Assembly (NCBI GenBank): GCA_948938605.1 | Contig: CARAIG010000073.1 | Location: forward strand, 6,432 to 70,431 | Source of the DNA: an uncultured Eubacteriales bacterium | GTDB taxonomy: Bacteria > Bacillota > Clostridia > Christensenellales > CAG-314 | DNA: 64,000 nt | Reading direction: 5' to 3' | Shown here: positions 27,305 through 36,728 of the stretch, piece after piece | How positions within the stretch are numbered: position 1 is the stretch's first letter | How the letters are laid out: every line of letters begins with the position of its first letter | Notes under the pieces: generated by a model | What the model was told of the DNA's origin: nothing | Databases searched by the model: none | The model's input: the letters and a program-made list of their open reading frames with translations, nothing else | Program-made: the position numbers and the translations under genes

Positions 27305-29158
27305 TTAATGTGAGCCTTTTTGCGCCAAGTACACAATAAGTATTTGCACGTCGGCGGGGGACACCCCCGATATACGTCCTGCTTGTCCCAAGTTTTGCGG
27401 ACGTATTTTGTTTAACTTTTGTCGCGCTTCTATACGCAAGCCGTCTATCGTCATATAGTCTATGTCGTTTGGCAAAGGCTTGTTTTCAAGTTTGTTTGCT
27501 TGGGCTATTGCTTCCTTTTCCTTTTGAATATATCCGCGGTACTTGCATTCCACTTCGATTTCGTACAAGGCTTCGTCGGATACGTCTTTAAAAAATCCCA
27601 GCTGTTGCAAGTCTTTCGCTGTTATGTTACTGCGACGCAGCATTTCGTCGACAGTGAGTCCCGCGTTATTTATTGCTTCGCCCTTTGCTTCGAACAACGG
27701 CGCATATATCTTGGGCGACACTATTTTGTTAAGTTCCTTTGATGCATTTTGCAGTTGTTCCTTTTTTGCAATAAAACGTTGATAGCGTTCGTTGGATACT
27801 AGCCCTATTTCCCGCCCCAGTTCGGTTAGGCGCAAGTCGGCGTTGTCCTGGCGTAAAATCAAACGGTATTCGGCGCGGCTTGTCATCATACGGTACGGTT
27901 CGATTGTTTCCTTAGTGGTAATGTCGTCAATTAGCACGCCTATGTAGCTGTTGTCTCGGCGCAAAGTAAACGGCTCCTTGTTGTGTACGTACCGTTCGGC
28001 ATTGATACCCGCAATTATGCCTTGTCCGCCCGCTTCTTCGTAACCGCTGGTGCCGTTTATTTGTCCTGCAAAAAACATTCCTTTTATTTTTTTAGACATT
28101 AAGCTTGCGGTAAGTTCGGTTGCGTCAATGCAGTCGTATTCGATTGCGTAAGCGTCGCGCATAATTTCGACGGTTTCGAGCCCTTCAATGCTGTGGTAAA
28201 TTTGTTCTTGCACGCTTGCGGGCATACTGGACGACGCCCCTTGAACGTAAAACTCGCAAGTATCTTCCGCTTCGGGCTCTAAAAATATTTGGTGGCGTTC
28301 CTTATCGGCAAAGCGCACTACCTTGTCTTCGATGCTGGGGCAGTATCTGGGACCAACCCCGTCGATAGTGCCGTTGTATATGGGCGCCAAATGCTTGTTG
28401 GCAAGGATAATTTCCTTTGTTTTGGGCGTGGAATATGTAAGGTAACAACTGCGCTTTGTGGCAGGTATACTTTGCGTAAGGTAGGAAAACGGCAAAACGT
28501 CGCTTTCGCCTACTTGTTCGACCGTTTTGTCCAAATCGATAGACTTCATACGTACGCGGGCGGGGGTTCCCGTTTTAAAACGGCGTAATGTAAAGCCTAA
28601 TTCCCTTAAACTGTCGGATAAGTGCGATGCGTTTGCAAATCCGTTGGGACCGCTGTCTTTTACGCATTTGCCCACAATCGTTTTTGATTTTAAATATACT
28701 CCGCAAGCCAATACTACCGCTTTGCAAGTGTATGTTAAATCTACGGCGGTTGTGACGGCGAATTCCCCGTTGGGCGTAACGTCTATTTTGACAGCTTCCC
28801 CTTGACGCAAAAATAAGTTTGGAGTGCTTTCGATTGTCTGCTTCATTGTAGAATGATATACGTTTTTGTCTACTTGCGCGCGCGGTGAATAGACAGCGGG
28901 ACCTTTGCCCCTGTTTAGCATACGCATTTGAAGCAGGCTGTTGTCGGCATTGATAGCCATTTGTCCGCCGAGCGCGTCAATTTCCTTTACGATTTGCCCT
29001 TTTGCCGTTCCCCCGATACTGGGGTTGCAAGCAAGGAAAGCAACCGTATCTAAATTTGTTGCAAGCAGCAACGTGGAGCAACCTAAGCGTGCGGAAGCCA
29101 AGCCCGCTTCGCAACCGGCGTGTCCTGCCCCTATTACGATTACGTCAAAAGTTTTCAC
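27305..29158 (-). CDS. mnmG: tRNA uridine 5-carboxymethylaminomethyl modification enzyme MnmG
   Basis: FDVIVIGAGHAGCEA FAD motif and full-length GidA similarity. The GTG at 29158 with an AAGGA RBS is preferred over the TTG at 29206. Confidence 0.95.
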   Translation of the reverse strand: MKTFDVIVIGAGHAGCEAGLASARLGCSTLLLATNLDTVAFLACNPSIGGTAKGQIVKEIDALGGQMAINADNSLLQMRMLNRGKGPAVYSPRAQVDKNVYHSTMKQTIESTPNLFLRQGEAVKIDVTPNGEFAVTTAVDLTYTCKAVVLACGVYLKSKTIVGKCVKDSGPNGFANASHLSDSLRELGFTLRRFKTGTPARVRMKSIDLDKTVEQVGESDVLPFSYLTQSIPATKRSCYLTYSTPKTKEIILANKHLAPIYNGTIDGVGPRYCPSIEDKVVRFADKERHQIFLEPEAEDTCEFYVQGASSSMPASVQEQIYHSIEGLETVEIMRDAYAIEYDCIDATELTASLMSKKIKGMFFAGQINGTSGYEEAGGQGIIAGINAERYVHNKEPFTLRRDNSYIGVLIDDITTKETIEPYRMMTSRAEYRLILRQDNADLRLTELGREIGLVSNERYQRFIAKKEQLQNASKELNKIVSPKIYAPLFEAKGEAINNAGLTVDEMLRRSNITAKDLQQLGFFKDVSDEALYEIEVECKYRGYIQKEKEAIAQANKLENKPLPNDIDYMTIDGLRIEARQKLNKIRPQNLGQAGRISGVSPADVQILIVYLAQKGSH

Positions 29159-29556
29159 TGTTATATATCCTTGAAATTTACTTAATTTTTTGTTTCTGTG
29201 TGACAATTGTTAAAAGCATATTTGCTAAATGTGCCAAACCGTTGTTGCTGTACTGTGTCGGTTTTGCCGTATTTGTTTGCGCTAATTACTTTACTTGTTT
29301 TGTTATTTTGCTGCACTTATGTTTACATAGGGTTTTATTCGTTTTTGCGTAGTTGAATTTTTGCAATCAAAACGTTTTTAATAATTTGCAGATCTGCTTG
29401 TTGCGTATGCTTGCCGTATATAACCTTTTGTTCTTTTTAAATAATTTGTATTAAAAGCGTTGTTTGTTTGCATCGTATTTTTAAAAACATCACCACAAGT
29501 GCAATTTGTAAAACTGCGCGCCGATACGGTATATATTAAGGCTGTTTACAAATTGT

Positions 29557-29593
29557 TGTACAAGAGAAGCCGTTTAAATGCCTAACTTGTACA
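29557..29593. repeat. H-element hairpin repeat, copy 6
   Basis: tgtacaagagaagccgtttaaatgcctaacttgtaca, 23 nt beyond the mnmE stop. Confidence 0.6.
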
Positions 29594-29615
29594 TTTAATT
29601 GTGTTTTAGACAACT

Positions 29616-30914
29616 TTATTTACCCAAGCAAAATTTGCTGTAAATGCGGTCGATAATGTCTTCGCGCGCGGATGTTCCGGTAATTTCGCCCAAGGTTTCC
29701 CACGCTTGGCGCAGCGAACTTGTAACGATGTCCAACGTTGCGGTTTTGCAATTTGCTTGCGCTTCGTCAAGCTGTTGCTTGGCAAGTTTTAGACAAGACA
29801 AGTGCCTTTCGTTGGTAATAAGTAAGTCGCTGTTTTCTATGTCGCCCGCGCTGAACATTTCGTACAATGTGGATTTGATTATTTCAACGTCCCCGCTTTT
29901 TGCGGATACTATCAAGCTGTCAACACAGCAAGGCGAACTGTCGTACAAATCGCATTTGTTGTAAATGCGTACTTGCGGACGGATTGTGGGATAGACCGAA
30001 CGGTCGGAAGGATCGTCCGTTACGTGCAGTACGACATCGGCGCTATCCGCCGCTTTTTGCGCACGCTTTACCCCTTCTATTTCCACAACGTCGGTTGTGT
30101 CCCGTATGCCTGCCGTATCTACAAAATTGAACTTTATGTCGCGGTAGTTTACCGATTCGGTTAGCGTATCCCGCGTGGTACCTTGAATGTCCGATACTAT
30201 TGCGCGGTCGGTTCCGAGCAGAGCGTTAAGTAAACTGGATTTGCCTACATTGGGTTTCCCGACAATGGCGACGTTTATTCCGTATTTTGCCACCTTGCCT
30301 AACGTTGCTGTGGAAATAAGCGCGGACAGTTCGTTGGACAGTGCGCTCAGTTGTTTTTCTACTGCGTTTACCGTAGGTAATTCCAGGTCTTCTTCGGGGT
30401 AGTCTAACGTTGCTTCGCACGAAGATACCAAGTCGAGCAATACGTCTTGCATTGCTACAATTTTTTTGCCCAATTTGTTTTCAAGTAAATTAGCACCCGC
30501 TTTTGCGGCGGATGCGGTTTCCGCATCGATCATTTCAATAATGCCTTCGGCGTTAGTTAAGTTTTGTTTACCGTTAATAAATGCGCGTTTGCTAAATTCA
30601 CCGTTTTGCGCCGGAACTGCGCCGTTTGCTATGCACTGTTCGATTACCGCTTGGCAAACTGCGCTGCCGCCATGGCAGTGAAATTCCACTGTGTTTTCGC
30701 CCGTATAGGAATGCGGTGCGGCAAAATAAACGCACATTGCATTTTCGTCGAATTGCGGTGTGGCAAGTGTGCCAACCTTTAAATAATTGGGTTTGCTTGG
30801 AAACGGTTTAAAAAACTTTTTTGCAATTTCTATTGCGTCGTCGCCGCTCATGCGCACGACGGCAATTGCCGAACGTCCGCGTGCGGTGGATAACGCCACA
30901 ATTGTTTTATTCAT
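29616..30914 (-). CDS. mnmE: tRNA modification GTPase MnmE
   Basis: TIVALSTA...AIAVVRMSG N-terminus, G1 GKPNVGKSSL, DTAGIR, NKCD, and the C-terminal CLGK tail. GGAG RBS present. Confidence 0.95.
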   Translation of the reverse strand: MNKTIVALSTARGRSAIAVVRMSGDDAIEIAKKFFKPFPSKPNYLKVGTLATPQFDENAMCVYFAAPHSYTGENTVEFHCHGGSAVCQAVIEQCIANGAVPAQNGEFSKRAFINGKQNLTNAEGIIEMIDAETASAAKAGANLLENKLGKKIVAMQDVLLDLVSSCEATLDYPEEDLELPTVNAVEKQLSALSNELSALISTATLGKVAKYGINVAIVGKPNVGKSSLLNALLGTDRAIVSDIQGTTRDTLTESVNYRDIKFNFVDTAGIRDTTDVVEIEGVKRAQKAADSADVVLHVTDDPSDRSVYPTIRPQVRIYNKCDLYDSSPCCVDSLIVSAKSGDVEIIKSTLYEMFSAGDIENSDLLITNERHLSCLKLAKQQLDEAQANCKTATLDIVTSSLRQAWETLGEITGTSAREDIIDRIYSKFCLGK

Positions 30915-31125
30915 ATATACTCCGATGTTTTGTTTTTACGTTTTACAATTCTTACAAAAGCATTGTTTGTTGTAACTATTATTTGTCCGATAACAGTGCT
31001 TGACGTTAAATTTCTTGCACCTGTTGCAATGTGTTAATGTCTGGCAACGTGAAATTCGAACCCTGCAAACCGCCTAAGCGAATATAAACTACGCAATACA
31101 ATGTTGCCTTGGCGTTTTTGCTCAG

Positions 31126-31270
31126 TCGTATACGTCCGTGTACACTCGTGTAGCAAGAATCCGTAGCCACCGTCGTCTTGTTTGTCTCTGCACACTTAGG
31201 ACACGTGCGCATAGCGCAAGTACAGTTTCGACTGCGTTGCCTTGCCTTGAAACGGAAACTCCTAGTCTCA
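31126..31270. repeat. Family-A element, partial copy 3
   Basis: Blocks collinear with copy 1: cgtat..gtccgt.tac.ctc, gccaccgtc, cttgttt, gtct.tgc, cttaggaca, actgcgtt, aaactcc. Confidence 0.5.
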
Positions 31271-31539
31271 AAGTGCGTTGCAAGTGTTGCGGCATAGAGA
31301 TTGCGCATTGCTGTGTTGCTGTTGCTCGCGCGTACGTCCGGTACGTTCTCGTGCCTGTTCCTTGCACTGCTTGTCTTATATATCGCAATAACTATTTGAG
31401 TATCCAATGGCTAACTATCGACAGTCTATTTTGTACCGACTAATAGAAAAATGCATATTGGTGTAAGCGCAAATTAGAGTGGTAAATGCGTTAATTCCAC
31501 ACAATCTTGGTTTGTAGGCGTATTGAAGTTTGGGCGGTG

Positions 31540-31854
31540 TTATTTGTTCCAATAAACGATTTTAGTTATTATAACTTTGTCCCAGATATCTTTTAGACTT
31601 TTTTTTCCGCCTTTGTTTTTAAAGTTGAATATTTTGCGGTCCTCGTCGTACTTATCCCAGAAGAAATATCTTTCGGAAGCGTCTTTTGTCAAAATGCAAA
31701 TTATTTCCTTGCAAAATTCGCATCCGCGAAAGTCCCTGTCGACATATCTGCCAATCGAGCATGAATCGTAATGAGCATAACCTTCGATATAAAATTCAAT
31801 CAGTCTTATGCCGTTTTCAGCATTGATTCCGTCAATAAATTCTTTGTAGTTCAT
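31540..31854 (-). CDS. Hypothetical small protein (about 104 aa); start uncertain (ATG 31854 or TTG 31878)
   Basis: Intact ORF, MNYKEFIDGINAENGIRLIEFYIEGYAHYD.... No SD and no recognisable family. Confidence 0.45.
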   Translation of the reverse strand: MNYKEFIDGINAENGIRLIEFYIEGYAHYDSCSIGRYVDRDFRGCEFCKEIICILTKDASERYFFWDKYDEDRKIFNFKNKGGKKSLKDIWDKVIITKIVYWNK

Positions 31855-31995
31855 ATTTAATAATTTGTTTTGCGACAAATGCTAATTTGTTTTTTTATTG
31901 GCGTATGCTTAGGCGGGAAATACTCAAAATGCCAACCAAGCGTTTAATTAAGTCTTAACATACGGCTGTTATATATAATTTATCAGCGAGTATTA

Positions 31996-32059
31996 GTGGT
32001 TAAAACAGCCGTTTAGACAGAATTTTTGCTGTTAAATGAGTTACGGTTCATTCGAAATC
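31996..32059 (+). repeat. B-element, copy 5
   Basis: gtggttaaaacagccgtttagacagaatttttgctgttaaatgagttacggttcattcgaaatc. Confidence 0.65.
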
Positions 32060-32080
32060 TATCAATCTGCAAGTTTTAAC

Positions 32081-32524
32081 TTATCTTTGCGGAAAATTAA
32101 CCCCCATATCTTTAAGTTCGGTCAACTTATCATTCGCTGTTTGTTTCGTCCATTTTGCAGAAACAGTCCGTTTGAGCCATTTGTTGTTATCTGTATTGTA
32201 AACGAAACTTAAAACAAAAACAATATGCGTATCAATCTTAGTGATACAGACGCTCAAATACGGCTCCAAAAAATCCGACATATAGTTATCGTCTTTGTCG
32301 TTAATGATACATTGTAGCGCTTTTATTAAGTCGAATAGTTCGCAAGTAAGCAAACAATTGTCTGTGTAAGTTTCATTTACGTTTTTTTCTTTGTAATTTA
32401 AAGTTATAGTTAACCAATTTGCATCGTAGTCAAAGCATTCGGATTTTTTTGAAGGATTTGCGTTTGGAAATTCGTAACCAACTATATTTAAATCTATACT
32501 TTTGTTTTTATCCACTATTAACAT
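32081..32524 (-). CDS. Hypothetical small protein, possibly immunity-type (WapI-like pattern, recalled only)
   Basis: GGGAG RBS. LNIVGYEFPNA...FDYDANWLTITL resembles the GYEFP...YDxNWL pattern I associate with WapI-family immunity proteins. Not verified. Confidence 0.55.
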   Translation of the reverse strand: MLIVDKNKSIDLNIVGYEFPNANPSKKSECFDYDANWLTITLNYKEKNVNETYTDNCLLTCELFDLIKALQCIINDKDDNYMSDFLEPYLSVCITKIDTHIVFVLSFVYNTDNNKWLKRTVSAKWTKQTANDKLTELKDMGVNFPQR

Positions 32525-33206
32525 TATTGCTCCCTATTCATTGTCCGATGAAATTCAACTACCAACCTAATTTTTGGCCGTACTTTCGATAAATTATTCG
32601 TAGGTCATTTTCTTGTACTTCGCATGGAGTTTTTCAAGGTTATATTTTCGTTTAATATTTGCAGTAATCGCGAATTTTCATGGCTATGCCGACATAGTCA
32701 TTAGCGGTACCATTAAAACTTTCGAGATCGATGAGATGATGGACATTGTATTCGTTCTGTCCAAACCGTTTTCTTCAAGGTGTTATTTCCAAATTATAAT
32801 TGTGATAATATACGATGTGAGTACTTATACAATTGTACCACTTTATTGCCAAATCGACAACTTGTTTGATATCATTGACTTTTATTATAAATTATTAAGC
32901 GACTTTTAGTTGCTGCCAAGTTAACCCGATTAAAAGTTTTTTCCCCAAACTGTACACAGATAAAGTTTTGCTGTGATATATGTTTTATAAAAGCATAAAT
33001 AATTTTGTAAAACTGCTTTTATGCTTAAACTTACAAGTTTGTTGAATGCTTTGCAAATTCAGTAACGGTATTTAGTCTGCTTTTGCTTTTTTTTAATATT
33101 TGTGTTTGTAAATCGATTGCGAAAAGCGGCAAAAAATCAAATTAACTTTATGTGTAATAAATTGAGCTTGAATATTGTATATAGTGTTATTATAATGCTA
33201 AAATCG

Positions 33207-33251
33207 GCGTTTAAATATGCAAAACGTTGCTTTTAAATGCATAACTTGTAC
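33207..33251. repeat. Degenerate or partial H-element (right arm only)
   Basis: ggcgtttaaatatgc...cgttgcttttaaatgcataacttgtact. The left GTACAAGT arm is missing. Confidence 0.35.
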
Positions 33252-33308
33252 TATTATTAACATAATATCTTGCTTTCTTTTGTGCGAATTATTATTGAAT
33301 TTTGGTGT

Positions 33309-33324
33309 GTTTTCACGTGGAACA
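33309..33324. promoter_or_regulatory. Near-consensus parS-like site upstream of parA
   Basis: Reverse complement TGTTCCACGTGAAAAC matches TGTTNCACGTGAAACA at 14 of 16 positions. It lies about 180 bp upstream of the parA start. Confidence 0.5.
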
Positions 33325-33502
33325 TTTATTTTGTTTCATAAATTTTCGACAATATGTTTTTTATTGTTGAAAAAGTTTGTGTTTTGTGTTATTATATAAA
33401 ATGTAATATGACGGACATAAATTGATTTGCTTGCGTACCAATTATTTGCGACTGTGCGCAATAGTAAAGTCGTGCAGGACGTTGTATATTATGGGAGTAA
33501 TT

Positions 33503-34279
33503 ATGGGTAAAATTTTTGCTTTTTCTAATCAAAAAGGCGGAGTCGGCAAGACAACCACCGCTATTAATTTGGCTACTTATGTTGCAAAGTTGGGAAGGAA
33601 AACTTTGCTTGTGGACTTCGATCCGCAGGGTAATGCTACTAGCGGATTTGGTATTGAAAAGAATCAGTTGGAAGCTAACTGCTACGATTTGTTGATGTCC
33701 GAAGCGACTGCCGAACAAGTAATAATGCCTACAATGATCGATAATTTATCTATCATTCCCAGTAATATCGACCTTGCTGCTGCGGAAGTCGATCTTGTTT
33801 CTGTTCCGTTTAGAGAAAGCGCGTTAAAGCGTGCGCTTGAACCGATTGTCTCTAATTACGACTATATCTTTATTGATTGTCCGCCGAGTCTCGGTTTAAT
33901 TACGTTAAATGCACTTACGGTTGCTAATGCAGTAATAATACCCATTCAAAGTGAGTTTTTTGCTTTGGAAGGACTGGTTCAACTGATGAATACTATCAAG
34001 ATTGTTAAGCAGCGTCTTAACCCGCAACTGTATATAAATGGCGTAATTTTGACAATGTACGACAAACGCACTACTATGTCCAAGCAAGTTACTTCCGATA
34101 TTTACAAATATTTTGGTGATAAAGTGTACCCTATACCTGTTCAGCGTAATATAAAATTGGTGGAATCGCCCAGTTTTGGCGTGCCCGTTGTTTTGCATGC
34201 GCCGCATTCTAACGGGGCATTGGCGTACGAAACGCTTGCAAAAGAATTTCTAACAAGAGAGGAAAATACTAATGGCTAA
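33503..34279 (+). CDS. parA: Chromosome partitioning ATPase ParA/Soj
   Basis: MGKIFAFSNQKGGVGKTTTAINLA deviant Walker A. GGGAG RBS lies before the ATG at 33503. The track start at 33422 is an extension. Confidence 0.95.
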   Translation: MGKIFAFSNQKGGVGKTTTAINLATYVAKLGRKTLLVDFDPQGNATSGFGIEKNQLEANCYDLLMSEATAEQVIMPTMIDNLSIIPSNIDLAAAEVDLVSVPFRESALKRALEPIVSNYDYIFIDCPPSLGLITLNALTVANAVIIPIQSEFFALEGLVQLMNTIKIVKQRLNPQLYINGVILTMYDKRTTMSKQVTSDIYKYFGDKVYPIPVQRNIKLVESPSFGVPVVLHAPHSNGALAYETLAKEFLTREENTNG

Positions 34280-35201
34280 CAAAGGACTTGGCAGAGGATT
34301 CGCATCTTTGATGGGAATGAACGATATCGACGAACTTACGCAGCCGACTGCGAAATCTGTCGAAATTGAAAAGACGGTTGCGCCGACGTCGCAAGACAGC
34401 GTTGTACAAATTGCGCTTATCGATATCGACCCCAACTACGAACAACCGCGTAAAAATTTTGACGAAACCGCGCTTAATGAGTTGGCTGAAAGTATTAAAA
34501 TACATGGCGTAATTCAACCTATCGTTGTCACTCCTATCGGCAAACGTTTTATGATTATTGCCGGTGAACGTCGTTTCCGCGCAAGCAAAATTGCAGGAAA
34601 GACTGAAATTCCTGCCATTATTCGTAATTATACATCGCAGCAGATTAAAGAAATCAGTTTAATTGAAAATTTGCAGCGCGAAGATTTGTCTCCGATTGAG
34701 GAGGCTATGGCGATAAGGACATTGATGACGGAATTTAATATGACGCAGGAAGCCGTTGCGGACCGTATCGGAAAAAGCCGCTCCGCTGTGGCTAACACGT
34801 TGCGCTTGCTTACGCTTAGCAATGACGTCATAAGTCTTGTTGAACATGGCAGATTGTCTGCCGGGCATGCACGTACGTTGGTTGTTATTCCTAAGGAAAG
34901 TCAATATAAGTTGGCTCTTAAAGGCTGCGATAACCAGATGACTGTTCGCGAAATGGAAAAAATGGTTCGTGATTTCCTTAGTCCTAAGCCGGAAAAGCAA
35001 AAACCGTCAATTGAAGACAGCAAGGAGCTTATTTCTCTTGTCGGTAATATGAAACGTGCATTTGCAACTAAGGTTAGCGCAATCGGTAATGGTAATAAGG
35101 GGCGTATTTATATAGATTATTTCACGTCTGACGACCTTGACCGTATTTCTACGCTTGTTGAAGAATGGATGAGCGATAAATTCCGTAAGGAAGAAGAATA
35201 A
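34272..35201 (+). CDS. parB: Chromosome partitioning protein ParB/Spo0J
   Basis: KGLGRGFASLMG, IQPIVV, GERRFRA arginine patch and an HTH. Overlaps parA by 8 nt. Confidence 0.95.
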   Translation: MANKGLGRGFASLMGMNDIDELTQPTAKSVEIEKTVAPTSQDSVVQIALIDIDPNYEQPRKNFDETALNELAESIKIHGVIQPIVVTPIGKRFMIIAGERRFRASKIAGKTEIPAIIRNYTSQQIKEISLIENLQREDLSPIEEAMAIRTLMTEFNMTQEAVADRIGKSRSAVANTLRLLTLSNDVISLVEHGRLSAGHARTLVVIPKESQYKLALKGCDNQMTVREMEKMVRDFLSPKPEKQKPSIEDSKELISLVGNMKRAFATKVSAIGNGNKGRIYIDYFTSDDLDRISTLVEEWMSDKFRKEEE

Positions 35202-35221
35202 TTTGATTTTTTAGTAATAAA

Positions 35222-35256
35222 CTGAGTACAAAGTTAATTGTACTCAGTTTTTTCTT
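35222..35256 (+). terminator. Intrinsic terminator after parB
   Basis: ctgagtaca...tgtactcag stem followed by a T-run. Confidence 0.8.
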
Positions 35257-36547
35257 TTTTAGTGCAGTTTTATATTTCACAAGTTTGAAGTGCCAAACTA
35301 ATTATTGCGACCTTTTTTTGTGCGTGACGTGCGGGTATTTTTCGTGCGATGTCGAACGTCGACAAATATCATTGCAAATTGTGATAATTGTCAATCGATT
35401 TTTTGCGCCGATTTTAAAACGTGAAAAAATTCGTGAAAATTATTTTGTTGTTAATATTTTTATGGTTTGGATTATATTGCTAATTTTTTTGTGTCTATTT
35501 TGTATTGTTTGGACTTTTTGTTGTGTTTTTTATAGACGTTTTATACTTCAAAATTGCGGATAATTATGTTATAAAAGGTGGTTGAAATAAGCTCTGAGGC
35601 AGAATTTTAAATTTGTTTTTGAAAAAATTCCGACCATTTTCAAGTTCATTCTGAGTTGAATAGTGATAATTTTTGCAGTGGATTTCATTAATGATGATCA
35701 AGTTTTAAAAGTGGTTTTTGTATATTTAAAAATAAGTTCGTGTCAACAGGCGAACGAATGTCTTATGTGCTCATTAATATTTGTGAACGCCGTTCGCTGA
35801 TACCGACATTTACTTCCAATGTTGCGTGCTTAATAGTTTTGGGGTGTAGTATTCTGCTCTTGACAACAGCCCCAAATATTCAAAATCAAATTGAATTTTT
35901 TTGATTCTGCGTAGGCTATATTGCAAATTTGCTTGAATCGCGTCTTCGTTTTTCTGGCATAACTAGTACCAAAAATAACTTCTGTCGTCAAAATTTTAAT
36001 ATACTTGTTCCGAACGTGCTTAGTTTTGAAGGAATACTGTTGTGTGGTATCGGCAATTTCATCGACAATAGCCTAATTTTATAATTTGCGTAGGATCTAA
36101 TATAATTGCAATTATATTATATTAATTATATTTAAATGTTATTTATTGGATATATTTTGAGTTTTTTTTAGACAATTTTTAAGCGTCATTTATTAATTTT
36201 GACCAATTTGCGTTGTCTGATTTATATATTCAGCGAAATGTTACGCTGATATATGACAAACGGTGTTTAAAGTTTATTTGATCGATGATGTGTTTGTAGC
36301 TGCTTAAATTCATTCCTACTATTGACTTCGTAAAGTTAATTGTTTGTTTTGAATGCCGTTTGGGTGCAAGGATAATGTTCTGTAATAAAGTGACACTGTG
36401 TGTTTTGCAAATTTTCATATATTGGTGCTCTGATTTAGTATTTTGTCCTGTTTGTGTGTCGCAGGTCACTGTGCTACCGTATTTTGTTTCGTAAAGCCGA
36501 TATTATGGTGCTTTTCGGTTTATTGTCGCTTTGACTTTTTTCTTATC

Positions 36548-36563
36548 TGTTTCACGTGAAACA
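36548..36563. promoter_or_regulatory. parS: parS site 1 (perfect 16-bp palindrome TGTTTCACGTGAAACA)
   Basis: Exact match to the Firmicutes parS consensus TGTTNCACGTGAAACA. Confidence 0.9.
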
Positions 36564-36659
36564 GGATCATTTGCAAATAAAGTCTTATTGATAAATATTG
36601 TTTTCTTGTTAATTGTGGCTTTTTTGCAGCTTTTATATATTGTTATTGTAATGAATTAA

Positions 36660-36675
36660 TGTTTCACGTGAAACA
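36660..36675. promoter_or_regulatory. parS: parS site 2 (TGTTTCACGTGAAACA)
   Basis: Identical to site 1. Confidence 0.9.
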
Positions 36676-36728
36676 AAGCGTAAATTAATTGAGATGTTGT
36701 ATGAATTAATTTATTTCTTTGTCAAGTT

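Noticed and set aside
111-29593. H-elements as integron attC sites. Some arms read GTTAGGC / GCTTAAC, resembling the R'/R'' core sites GTTRRRY/RYYYAAC.
   Set aside because: The elements are only about 38 bp, with no L boxes or extrahelical bases. No intI integrase or attI is in the window. The genes they follow are core housekeeping genes (mnmE, mnmG), not cassettes.
2512-32059. A CRISPR array as an explanation for the repeated intergenic sequences.
   Set aside because: The repeats are not regularly spaced direct repeats with unique spacers. Copies are kilobases apart, and no cas genes are present.
32613-32909. ORFs 32613..32909(+), 35285..35563(+), 10777..11064(+) and 31006..31407(-) in spacers.
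   Set aside because: They have no RBS, and their composition is hydrophobic or Cys-rich, typical of AT-rich or repeat DNA translated by chance. 10777..11064 spans an H-element, and 31006..31407 spans the family-A partial copy.
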